From the IMG/VR virus record IMGVR_UViG_3300042454_000021, positions 48,926 through 112,925 of that record: a stretch of DNA of 64,000 bases; one strand, given 5' to 3'. Origin of the DNA: a virus. Position 1 is the stretch's first letter, and each line of letters begins with the position of its first letter. Below, piece after piece: positions 46,938-56,539 of this stretch. A model generated the notes under the pieces. It saw only the letters and a list, made by a program, of their open reading frames with translations. It did not search any database and was not told the origin of the DNA. A program made the translations under genes and the position numbers.

Positions 46938-49522
46938 TGGCAATTATTAGATATACCAAAGATGCGACTATTAGGTATGCGTACCTAAACATCTTCCCTG
47001 ATCAGTTCAAAACTGAGAAGGAGAAAATGGATGAGAGTTGGATCAAGAATACAATGGACTATTTTGCTAATAAGTCCTATGCTGAGTACGTAAAGAATAG
47101 AGATACGTTTGTTAAGAACTATGATCTTGTTAAAGGCATCCTTCGTATGGAGGACTTTTATCAGTCAGCTCCTCAGGTGAAAAGCTTCACAGATATGTTG
47201 ACAGCTGATCTAGAATTACCAGCTTATGTAAAGATGTATTCTATCATCACCACTCCTTTAAATGAGTTAGTTGGTGAGATATCAAAACGTCCTGATGCAT
47301 TTAGAGTTAAAGCATTTGATGATGATTCTAAATCAGAAGAACTAGAATTTAAGACAGGTATTCTACAGGAGTTTGTAATCAATCAAGCTAGACAACAAAT
47401 AATTGAGAAAGCTCAATTACAAGGAGCTGAGATAGATGATGAGCAACTACAACAAATGACAATGGAGGAAGTTCAAGATGAACTTGATTCATACACATCT
47501 GTAGCAGAGAAATGGGCTAATCATGTACTTACATGTCAGAAAGCAGACTTCACATTGAAGGAGAAGAGTGAGGATGCATTTAGAGATATGTTAATATCTG
47601 CTCGTGAGTTCTATCATATATATGAGGATAACTCTAAGCTAGGATATAATATAGAAGTAGCCAACCCTAAGAACACTTGGTTCCTATCTACACCAGATCG
47701 TAAATATGTATCAGATCCAACAGGACGTGCTCAAGGTGCGTATGCTGCTGGTACTGTGCAGGTTATGGAACTCTCTGAAATCATTGAGAGTATTCCTGAT
47801 CTTACTAAAGATGAGATTGATCACTTAAGATCATCATTACAAGACTATGGACTTATTAACGTTCGTGAGTCTAACCTTGGTAATCCTAATGCAGGTAATG
47901 GTATTGATTCAATTCAATATGATACATATGATCCTCTTGTTCTTCAGACACGTATGATGATTGAGTCTGAGATGAAGCAGAACGATGATGGCTTACAAGA
48001 CTTCTTAGGACTTACATCAAATGTGTCTTCATTTGGATACAAGTATGTAGTGGTACGTGCTTATTGGATCTCTAAGAAAAAGATTGGTAAGCTCATCTAT
48101 ACAGATGAAATGGGCAATGAGCAATCTATGCTTGTTGATGAGAATTACAAAAGCAACACTATGCCTACTCAGATCTCATTAGAGTGGGGATGGATTAACC
48201 AATGGTATCAAGGCATTAAAATTGGACCAGATATTTATCATATCAAGCCATTCAAGTTATTAAACTACTGCCCTATCATTGGGCTAGTGCATGAGATTAA
48301 GAACACAGAGGCAAAGTCTTTAGTAGACTTAATGAAACCATTCCAGGTTCTTTACAATGTTTGTATGAATCAGCTTTACAAACTTCTTGAGAAAGAAATT
48401 GGTAAGGTGCAATTAATGTCTATTAGACATATTCCTATTCCTAAAGATGGAGATGCACAAGATGCTCTTGATATCTGGGAGATGGAAGCACGTAACAGAG
48501 GTGTTGTATTTATTGATGACTCTCCAGAGAACTTAAAATCCCCAAGCTCATTTAATCAGTTTAGGGATATTGATATGACACGTACGCAAGAGATTCAATC
48601 TCGTTACACGTTAGCTCAACAATTAAAGAATGAATGTTGGGAACTGATTGGTATGTCTAAACAACGTTTAGGGTCTGTCTCAGCCTCTGAATCTGCTACA
48701 GGTACCAATGCTGCAATTACACAAAGTTATTCGCAGACAGAGCCATTGTTTGTAGCACACGAGTATTTATTAGGTCAATTATATCAAGCTATTATAGATG
48801 CATCGTTATATGTAGAAAGTCAAAAACCACAATCTACTATTTCATATATTACTAATGAAGGTGAGAGTGCATTTGTACAAGTTAATGGAACAGATCTTAA
48901 GTTTAGAGATCTTAAAGTGTTCTTAACTAATCGTCCAGAAGATCAGAAAATGTTCCAAGAGGTTCGTGGATTGTCTCAAGCTGTTATTCAAAATGGTGGA
49001 AGCTTACATGACATCATTGAGCTTTATTCTACAAACTCTGTTCGTCAGATGAAGAAGGTGTTTAAGACTCTTAAAGATCGTCAAGAAGAACTTGAAAACC
49101 AGAAGATGCAACAACAGCAACAACAAATTGAACAACAGCAACAAATTGCTCAAGCTCAGATTCAACAAGTTGCTCAATCTCAACAAGAGAAGATTGCTAA
49201 CGATAACTATCAAGCAGAACTAGATCGTATCAATAAGGTACAGATTGCGATGATTGCAGCTGAATCTAAAGCAGGTCCATTGTCAGATGTTGATACATCT
49301 GGAACTGCTGATGTTCTTGAGATGAGTAAGTTAACTACAGAGCAGAACAAAGCAAGTAAAGATTATGAAGCTAAGATGAAAGATATTCAAAGCAAGAACA
49401 ATATTGCTGCTCAAAAACTAGCTATAGATAACAGAAAGATAGATGCTGAGTTAAAGAATCAAGATAATGATTTACAAATAGCAAAGATAAACGCAAGTAA
49501 TAGAGCTTCAAAGAGTAAGTAA
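46937..49522 (+). CDS. Portal protein
   Basis: 861 aa, directly after TerL; L.GE..KRP, SLVD.MKP.Q..YN, G.S.QR.G and a Q-rich coiled coil. Confidence 0.9.
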   Translation: MAIIRYTKDATIRYAYLNIFPDQFKTEKEKMDESWIKNTMDYFANKSYAEYVKNRDTFVKNYDLVKGILRMEDFYQSAPQVKSFTDMLTADLELPAYVKMYSIITTPLNELVGEISKRPDAFRVKAFDDDSKSEELEFKTGILQEFVINQARQQIIEKAQLQGAEIDDEQLQQMTMEEVQDELDSYTSVAEKWANHVLTCQKADFTLKEKSEDAFRDMLISAREFYHIYEDNSKLGYNIEVANPKNTWFLSTPDRKYVSDPTGRAQGAYAAGTVQVMELSEIIESIPDLTKDEIDHLRSSLQDYGLINVRESNLGNPNAGNGIDSIQYDTYDPLVLQTRMMIESEMKQNDDGLQDFLGLTSNVSSFGYKYVVVRAYWISKKKIGKLIYTDEMGNEQSMLVDENYKSNTMPTQISLEWGWINQWYQGIKIGPDIYHIKPFKLLNYCPIIGLVHEIKNTEAKSLVDLMKPFQVLYNVCMNQLYKLLEKEIGKVQLMSIRHIPIPKDGDAQDALDIWEMEARNRGVVFIDDSPENLKSPSSFNQFRDIDMTRTQEIQSRYTLAQQLKNECWELIGMSKQRLGSVSASESATGTNAAITQSYSQTEPLFVAHEYLLGQLYQAIIDASLYVESQKPQSTISYITNEGESAFVQVNGTDLKFRDLKVFLTNRPEDQKMFQEVRGLSQAVIQNGGSLHDIIELYSTNSVRQMKKVFKTLKDRQEELENQKMQQQQQQIEQQQQIAQAQIQQVAQSQQEKIANDNYQAELDRINKVQIAMIAAESKAGPLSDVDTSGTADVLEMSKLTTEQNKASKDYEAKMKDIQSKNNIAAQKLAIDNRKIDAELKNQDNDLQIAKINASNRASKSK

Positions 49523-49664
49523 TTCTAACCATCTTGGTTAGAGAAGATTTTATTAATGCTATATTATCTAGAATATTCAACCATTTTGGGCATATTCTAT
49601 TTGTTATTAAATTAAAGCAACATATTTTTATATCGAAAAACCAATTCAAAAAAACAAACTACGT

Positions 49665-50903
49665 ATGGCCAATGACTTAGAAACCCCAAATATTGGGAAC
49701 TTCAGCATTCAGGATACCATGGAAATGGGTATGGGGAGTACAGAACTATTAAATGATTTATTAGGTCCTGATACAGCCTCAGCAAGTCCTGATGATATTA
49801 AAGATATTAAAGCTGAAGAAGCTCAAGCTCCTAAAGCAACTAAAGCTTCTGCTAAAGTTGAAGAAGAAGAAGAAAAGAAAGAAGATACTTCTCGATCAAT
49901 CACAGACTTTTTATTAGGAGGTGATGAAGAAGAAGAGGAAGAAGAAGCAGCTCCAGCAGCAAAAGCTAAAGAAGCTCCAGTAGCAGAAGCATCTGATGAA
50001 GAAGAAGATGATGATGCTATTAATCCTTTCGCAGCATTTTCTAGAGACCTTTTTAAATTAGGAGGTTTCACAAAGGATGAAGACGAAGAAGATGTACAAA
50101 TCAACACAGCAGAAGAGTTCTTAGAACGATTTGAATCTGAGAAGAAGAAAGGTGCATCTGAGATTGTAGAAAACTTTATAGGACGTTTTGGTGAAGATTA
50201 TCAAAATGCCTTCACTGCAATATTTGTAAATGGAGTTGATCCTAAAGATTACTTTGGCACATACAACGCTATTCAATCATTCACTGATCTAGATTTATCA
50301 GACGAAGGAAACCAAATAGCAATTATTAAACAGACTTTAGCAGATCAAGATTATGATCCTGAAGATATAACAACAGAGATCGAAAGACTCAAAAATTATG
50401 GTGATCTAGAAAGCGTTGCTGCTAAACATCATAAAGTGTTGGTTAAAAAAGAAGCTGTAAAGCTTCAAAAACTGGAGCAAGAGAAAGCTGCCCAATTACA
50501 ACAACAAAGTGCTTACAAGCAACAATATTCAAACAATGTCAATGCGATATTGCAAGATAAGCTTAAAGCAAAGGAGTTTGATGGCATCCCTCTTAATCCA
50601 AAGTTAGCAACTGAACTACAAGATTTTTTAATAACAGAAAAGTGGAAAACAAACTCTGGTGAAAATTTAACAGATTTTGATCGCACTGTTCTGGAACTTA
50701 AGCGTCCTGAGAACCACGAAATGAAAGTGAAGGTTGCTCTACTTCTAAAGATTTTAGAAAAAGATCCAACACTATCAACCATTCAGAAATCAGGAGTTAC
50801 CAAGAAGACAGATAGTCTGTTTGGTGAAGTCGCAAGACAAGCTACTAAAAGTTCAGTAAAATCTTCCAAGTCAGATAAGCCTAACTCATGGTGGAGTAAT
50901 TAA
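49665..50903 (+). CDS. Acidic scaffolding-like protein
   Basis: Very acidic; lies between portal and MCP. Confidence 0.65.
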   Translation: MANDLETPNIGNFSIQDTMEMGMGSTELLNDLLGPDTASASPDDIKDIKAEEAQAPKATKASAKVEEEEEKKEDTSRSITDFLLGGDEEEEEEEAAPAAKAKEAPVAEASDEEEDDDAINPFAAFSRDLFKLGGFTKDEDEEDVQINTAEEFLERFESEKKKGASEIVENFIGRFGEDYQNAFTAIFVNGVDPKDYFGTYNAIQSFTDLDLSDEGNQIAIIKQTLADQDYDPEDITTEIERLKNYGDLESVAAKHHKVLVKKEAVKLQKLEQEKAAQLQQQSAYKQQYSNNVNAILQDKLKAKEFDGIPLNPKLATELQDFLITEKWKTNSGENLTDFDRTVLELKRPENHEMKVKVALLLKILEKDPTLSTIQKSGVTKKTDSLFGEVARQATKSSVKSSKSDKPNSWWSN

Positions 50904-50931
50904 CAATTATTAAATTAAACATAAACAAAAA

Positions 50932-52485
50932 ATGGCAATTCAAACTATCCCTGGTTTAACTGGCTTTACTTATGCTCGTGTAGCGTCTATGGACAAACGT
51001 GCAGTAGGTAAATTAACAGACTCTAACCACTTGGAAAGCTTTCACTCAACTGAGCCAGCAGACTACGATAAGAAGATTATCAGTTTGTACACTCAGAGCT
51101 CGTTGTACAGCAATGACTTCTTGGACATGATCAACAAGTCAACTCCTTACTACATCGACAACAATAGTGATGCTTGGAAGTGGCAAGTACAAGTTCCTTA
51201 CAAATTCCCTAAAATCATTGACATTCCTGATTCCACTTTAGCGTTGGATAAGCCAGGTATCGATGGTCAAGAATTTCAAGTGATTATTGACACTAACGAA
51301 TTCTCTAAGAACGCAATCGTTTCTGTAGGTACTCGTCAGTATGGTCCTCGTTGGTATGCGATCAAAGATCCTCAACCATGGAACATGGGTTATTTATACA
51401 CTTTCACATTAGTAACTGACAACCCTCAAGTTGACTTCGTATCACCTGTATTCTTACAGATTGGTTTAGAGTTAGAATTGGTTGATGCTGCTATTGGTGA
51501 ATTTGATCAAGACCTTTTAGGATTGCCACGTTTAGGTGAGCAAATCACTATGTTTGAATCATTGAGTTCTGCATATGGATATGAGCACAAAATTACTGAA
51601 TGGGCTGATGACAAGATGTTAGTTAATGCTGATGGTTCAGCTTTAGATATCTTAGTATATGCTCCACAACGTCGTAACCAACTTCCTTTAACTCGTAATG
51701 ATGTTAAGTGGGAGCCATTCGTTGAGTTCTGGATGCGTAAGTCTATGTTAGAATTAAAGGTTAAGCGTATGATCTGGGCTCGTCCAGGTACTGTTAAATC
51801 TAATGGTTCTAAGCAAGAATTAAAGCGTACATCTGCTGGTGTTTATCACAGAATGCGTAACAATGGTAACTTAGTTCAATACAATCGTGGAGAATTCACT
51901 GCTAACTTGATTCGTTCAGTATTTGGTGATTTATTCTATCGTCGTGTGGATGTTAAGGATCGTCGTGTTAAAATGTACACTAACGAAGCTGGCTTCGACG
52001 TGTTCCAACAAGCACTTAAAACTGATGCATTAAATTCTGGTTTAACTTTCATGGCTGATTCAGGTAATCGCTACATGCAAGGAGAAGGACAACACATCAC
52101 TTACAACTTTGCATTCGATGCAATGGTTACTCGTGAGACTGGTCGTGTTGAGTTAATTCACTTAAAAGAATTAGACCTTCCTCAAACTAACTTAGAATTT
52201 GGACAAAACAAGAAATCAACTCCAGTATTTATGGTGTTTGACGTTTCTCCAATGTCTGATGGATCTATGGTTAATAACATTCGTGAGGTACGTATGAAGG
52301 GTGCTCCTTCTATGACTTGGGGTTATATCGATGGTACTCGTCATCACTTAGGATTTGCAAAATCTCAAGGTATGTCAAGTGCTAACAAATTCCCAGGATA
52401 CGAAATCTGGATGAAGGATCGTTGTGATGTGTTCATTGAAGACTTGTCTCGTACAGTCTTGATCGAAGAAATCCCTCAGTTCTAA
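50932..52485 (+). CDS. Major capsid protein (crAss-type)
   Basis: 517 aa; LTDSNHL; strongly biased codon use; synteny. Confidence 0.9.
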   Translation: MAIQTIPGLTGFTYARVASMDKRAVGKLTDSNHLESFHSTEPADYDKKIISLYTQSSLYSNDFLDMINKSTPYYIDNNSDAWKWQVQVPYKFPKIIDIPDSTLALDKPGIDGQEFQVIIDTNEFSKNAIVSVGTRQYGPRWYAIKDPQPWNMGYLYTFTLVTDNPQVDFVSPVFLQIGLELELVDAAIGEFDQDLLGLPRLGEQITMFESLSSAYGYEHKITEWADDKMLVNADGSALDILVYAPQRRNQLPLTRNDVKWEPFVEFWMRKSMLELKVKRMIWARPGTVKSNGSKQELKRTSAGVYHRMRNNGNLVQYNRGEFTANLIRSVFGDLFYRRVDVKDRRVKMYTNEAGFDVFQQALKTDALNSGLTFMADSGNRYMQGEGQHITYNFAFDAMVTRETGRVELIHLKELDLPQTNLEFGQNKKSTPVFMVFDVSPMSDGSMVNNIREVRMKGAPSMTWGYIDGTRHHLGFAKSQGMSSANKFPGYEIWMKDRCDVFIEDLSRTVLIEEIPQF

Positions 52486-52488
52486 TAC

Positions 52489-52633
52489 ATGGGACTTTGT
52501 CCCACGCTTATCAATCGATAAGCACAAGAAGACCTCCTCATTCCTCCCTCCTAAAATGGGGAGGCTCTTCTTGACACAGAGTGCTTGGATTGGGGTGTCC
52601 CTGGTCGCTATTCCTTCGATGGATAGCACTCTG
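52489..52633 (+). ncRNA. GC-rich three-hairpin structure downstream of MCP
   Basis: tgggac/gtccca; aagaagacctcctcatt/aatggggaggctcttctt; cagagtgct/agcactctg. Confidence 0.5.
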
Positions 52634-52663
52634 CTAAAAACCAATTATTAAATTAAACTACAT

Positions 52664-53632
52664 ATGGGTAAGATAGGCAAAATTTCTACTATTAAGAAAG
52701 ATTACAACAATTCGCAATTGCAGACAATGCAAGGTGGACTTTCACGTGAAGGTTTGACACGAGTTCCAGGTACAGGTGTTTTTAAATATCCTTACAAGGA
52801 AATGGATGGTCAGTATCGTACAGGATTAAATGCTGAAGCTGCATACATCAGACGTATAGCTGATCCTACAGAACGTGAATTAGAAATCGAACGTGTAACA
52901 TCTTTACGTCAACGTTTAGAATATGCATTAGGTGATGTTGATTTAGGTCCTCGTTCTAAGTTTTGGAACTATGGATTATCTCAAGGCATTGATGATATGA
53001 TGCACGTGCAACCAGTGAAACTATTAGATGGTGATAACTTTTTTGATTTCACTAATCCAATGCAAGAATTAGCATTTTCTTGGTTGAGAGTTCATCCAAC
53101 AATTGCAAGTTCATATCAAGCTTGGGAGCGTGGAGAGTTTCCAGCAGATACACAATTCTATGTTGTAGATGATGAAATTGAAAACGCAGTTCTTTACAAG
53201 AAGAAGCAAGTGATAAACAAGGCAATTGTCAAGTTTGATTCTATGTCTCCTGATAAGAAGAAGAAAGTAGCAAGGATGTTAGGCTTACCTGTAACAGAAG
53301 AAACTAAAGAAGAAGTTGTTTATAACCAAGTGGATAACTTGTTAAAACAAACAGAATTCAAAGATGGAAAATACCAAGGGTTATCTCCAATTGAAGTCTT
53401 CAATAGATTCGCAGATATGAAAGACCAATTGCTTGCAATTAAAGATTTGGTTAAACAAGCAATTACACATTCTATTTATCGTATAAAACCTAATGGTAAG
53501 GTTTATATGGGAGAACTAGAAATGGCAGTTGATGAAGAAGAATTAGTTAAATACCTTGCAGATGAAGATCATCAAGATGATTTACTAATCTTAGAACAAA
53601 AGTTAAAAGGTAAAAAATTAGCAACAGTATGA
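52664..53632 (+). CDS. Conserved crAss-like post-MCP protein
   Basis: Synteny; D..NP......WL...P.IA.S. Confidence 0.7.
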   Translation: MGKIGKISTIKKDYNNSQLQTMQGGLSREGLTRVPGTGVFKYPYKEMDGQYRTGLNAEAAYIRRIADPTERELEIERVTSLRQRLEYALGDVDLGPRSKFWNYGLSQGIDDMMHVQPVKLLDGDNFFDFTNPMQELAFSWLRVHPTIASSYQAWERGEFPADTQFYVVDDEIENAVLYKKKQVINKAIVKFDSMSPDKKKKVARMLGLPVTEETKEEVVYNQVDNLLKQTEFKDGKYQGLSPIEVFNRFADMKDQLLAIKDLVKQAITHSIYRIKPNGKVYMGELEMAVDEEELVKYLADEDHQDDLLILEQKLKGKKLATV

Positions 53633-54360
53633 TCCCAGTAGATAGTTTATTATATAAGATTGATCAGAAACTAAATAAACTATCTACTAACGAGCATCAA
53701 CAAATTGCATTAGAAGACAAGATCCTTGCACTCAATGAGGCACAGATTAAGTTAATTAAACAGAAAGTAGATGGCTTTAGCACTACTTCTGGTCTTGGTC
53801 TTGATGCGTTTAAGAAACGTTACGAAGACCTTCAAAGTTTAGTGGTAAGTTATAATGATGGTGTCTTACCACTAACCTTAGAGAATGCCCAACTAAATCA
53901 ATGGAAAGCATCTATCCATGATCTAGATCCTCAATACATGTTCTATATTGATAGTTATTTTATAGCTAACAAAGGAAGATGTGTAGGTAGAACAATCTGG
54001 ATTAATAGAGATCTTACAAAACATGGTGACCTATCGTTGTTATTAAACAACGTTCATTTTAGACCATCTTTTGAATATCAAGAATCTTTCAATTCTTTAT
54101 CTACAGATGAGATTAGTGTATTTACAGATGGTACATTTACACCAACTAATATATACATTTCTTACATGCGATATCCAGTTTACATAAATAAGACTGGATA
54201 TATAATGCTAGATGGAGATCCTTCCTTTGATCAAGATTGCGAATTAGAATTATATCTAGAAGACGAACTTTTAGATTTAACAGTTCAAAACCTCGCAATG
54301 TATACTGAGAACCAATCTGCTGTAGAAAGTTCCATATACAGAATTAAAACAAACGAGTAA
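53629..54360 (+). CDS. Tail ring / head-tail adaptor protein
   Basis: LNEAQ, KR.EDLQ.L, Y.RYP and CEL.....E..D..V patterns. Confidence 0.7.
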   Translation: MIPVDSLLYKIDQKLNKLSTNEHQQIALEDKILALNEAQIKLIKQKVDGFSTTSGLGLDAFKKRYEDLQSLVVSYNDGVLPLTLENAQLNQWKASIHDLDPQYMFYIDSYFIANKGRCVGRTIWINRDLTKHGDLSLLLNNVHFRPSFEYQESFNSLSTDEISVFTDGTFTPTNIYISYMRYPVYINKTGYIMLDGDPSFDQDCELELYLEDELLDLTVQNLAMYTENQSAVESSIYRIKTNE

Positions 54361-54381
54361 ACAATTAAACAATATATATAA

Positions 54382-55521
54382 ATGGCTGATTTTTCATTAA
54401 CCACCCTGTTCGTAGTTCCTGTAGGCAACACATTGCCTAGCTCTGGATCTACGCAAAACTTAACTGCTGGTCAGTTTGGTTTATTCTTGAACACGTATGC
54501 TGTTGCAACCACTGGTAACATTGCTGCTGCTCCATACTTCTATGCTGCTCAAGGACGTACTAATACGTATTTACAAGGCTCGAAGCGTTCTGACAAGATC
54601 TCTTCTGCTAATGTAACTGAATGGTACAAAGTTGTTGGTAACCCTGTTGCTGCTAACCAAGTAACTGACATTTCTGACTTCACTGTAAAACCAGGTGAAA
54701 TTGTAACTTTAACGTTACGTGGATTCTCTTCTTACATCAACACATTGTACTTCAATGGTTTCACTCGTAGTGTAACTGTTAATGCTCCTTGTTTAGCTTG
54801 TGGTGGAGATCCTTGTACTGATGTTGACGTTCCTGCATTGATCGATGATTTGATCTATCACTTAGAATTGAAAGCTCCAGGTAACAACCCTGACAACATT
54901 TCATTCTCTACGTTTTATCAATTCCAACGTATTGGTAATAATCAAAATGCAATCTTACGTATCTCTGGTAAGCCATTAACTGTTTATGGACAGCCATGTG
55001 ATATCGCTGCATTCCCTTGGGAGTATGATCGTATGTACTTTAGAACTTTCATCTTCTCTGGTCCAGCTACTACTGCTGACTTTATTGTAGCAGATCCTTG
55101 TAACAATGTGGCTCTAGTGGAAGTTACTCAACGTGCAACTTATCCATCTGGAACTTCTGCTGAGATTCAACAATTAGAGAAGAACTTCTATAGCTACCAA
55201 GCTGGATATTTGAAGCATCTATACAGAATGAATGGTTACAATGAGAACTTTGAGTCTTGGGTAACTGATGGTACTGTGTATGATACTTACTATATCAAGT
55301 TCAACGAATATGATAAGTCTGCTTATCAGTGGGGTGATTATATCCACGAAGATTCAACTGTTATCATTGCTGCTCCTCAAGCTTTAGCTGAAGACATCGA
55401 AGATATCTTAGTTGCTGCTTTAGGATTGCCAACTGATGATAGTGGTCCAATCACTTCAACTACTAGTACAACTACTACTATTTGGCCTTCAACTAGTACA
55501 ACTACTACCTTGCTTCCTTAA
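54382..55521 (+). CDS. Abundant structural protein (auxiliary capsid protein candidate) with a Thr/Ser tail
   Basis: MCP-like codon bias; position in the module; C-terminal TSTTSTTTTIWPSTSTTTTLLP. Confidence 0.65.
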   Translation: MADFSLTTLFVVPVGNTLPSSGSTQNLTAGQFGLFLNTYAVATTGNIAAAPYFYAAQGRTNTYLQGSKRSDKISSANVTEWYKVVGNPVAANQVTDISDFTVKPGEIVTLTLRGFSSYINTLYFNGFTRSVTVNAPCLACGGDPCTDVDVPALIDDLIYHLELKAPGNNPDNISFSTFYQFQRIGNNQNAILRISGKPLTVYGQPCDIAAFPWEYDRMYFRTFIFSGPATTADFIVADPCNNVALVEVTQRATYPSGTSAEIQQLEKNFYSYQAGYLKHLYRMNGYNENFESWVTDGTVYDTYYIKFNEYDKSAYQWGDYIHEDSTVIIAAPQALAEDIEDILVAALGLPTDDSGPITSTTSTTTTIWPSTSTTTTLLP

Positions 55522-55543
55522 TAAAAAGCGAGTCATATAACCT

Positions 55544-55590
55544 ATGCCAGAGGGTAAGAGGATAATCTCTGTCCTCTGGCATTATTTTTT
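55544..55590 (+). terminator. Intrinsic terminator
   Basis: atgccagagg/cctctggcat stem plus a U tract. Confidence 0.75.
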
Positions 55591-55596
55591 AACAGC

Positions 55597-56154
55597 ATGG
55601 CAACAACTTTAGATTTTCTAGTAATAAATACCTACAACACCTTAACATTAGGTGTTGCTGATATATCAGTATATGATAGTACGCCAGTGGCTCCAACTAT
55701 TGAAATAACCATACCTAATACTACAAGTGTAGTAAGTTTACCTTTTACTCCTAATGATTTCAACGTATTTAATTCTACATCATTAGGATTAACAGGTGTG
55801 GGTCAACCATTAGCTCCTTTGCCAGATGGTGTATATTTTATTGAATACTCGATATCTCCTGCTGAGACTTATCATGTAGAGCATAACATAATGCGTACTG
55901 CTAAGATTCAAGAGAAGTTTGATAATGCATTTATGAAACTTGATATGATGGAATGTGATGGTCCTATTAGAACACAAGCAAAGGTTACATTGAATAGTAT
56001 CTATTACATGATTCAAGGATCGATTGCAGCTGCTAATAACTCTGCTATTGCTACAGCTAATAAGCTATATACACAAGCAGACATGATGTTAAATAATTTC
56101 ATTAGAGCTAACTGTGGTTGTTCAGGAAATAACTACATAAATAACTTTGTATAA
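55597..56154 (+). CDS. Structural protein (tail hub candidate)
   Basis: LPDGVY.I.Y motif; C-terminal CGC. Confidence 0.55.
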   Translation: MATTLDFLVINTYNTLTLGVADISVYDSTPVAPTIEITIPNTTSVVSLPFTPNDFNVFNSTSLGLTGVGQPLAPLPDGVYFIEYSISPAETYHVEHNIMRTAKIQEKFDNAFMKLDMMECDGPIRTQAKVTLNSIYYMIQGSIAAANNSAIATANKLYTQADMMLNNFIRANCGCSGNNYINNFV

Positions 56155-56291
56155 TGGCTAATTGTAAAAGATGTCACACTAAGGTGGGATGTGGATGTCA
56201 ACTAACAAATGGATATTGCTCAGCATGTAATTATGCTGTTAAGCAAGAAGAAATAAAACAACAACAAGATGCTAACACCAAGGCTAACTAA
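56154..56291 (+). CDS. Cys-rich peptide, 45 aa
   Basis: Translated manually: MANCKRCHTKVGCGCQLTNGYCSAC... Confidence 0.6.
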   Translation: MANCKRCHTKVGCGCQLTNGYCSACNYAVKQEEIKQQQDANTKAN

Positions 56292-56535
56292 CTCCTTATA
56301 TTATGGAAGCATCCCTGTGTTGCTTCAAGATATTAATAATAAACTAGCAGAGCTAGCTAATTACGAATATAATAATATTGTATATTCCTTAAATCATTAT
56401 ATCTCTGGAGAGGTGGTTCAAGACTTATTGAACTATCAAAGAATACTAGAGTATAAGCAGTGTAACCCTGACTATTGTGTACACTTCACTGTAGAGATGA
56501 TTGGAAGTAAAGTAATAATCTTAATAAACAAATAA
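56269..56535 (+). CDS. Hypothetical structural protein
   Basis: ORF in the virion block. Confidence 0.6.
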   Translation: MLTPRLTNSLYYGSIPVLLQDINNKLAELANYEYNNIVYSLNHYISGEVVQDLLNYQRILEYKQCNPDYCVHFTVEMIGSKVIILINK

Positions 56536-56539
56536 TAAT

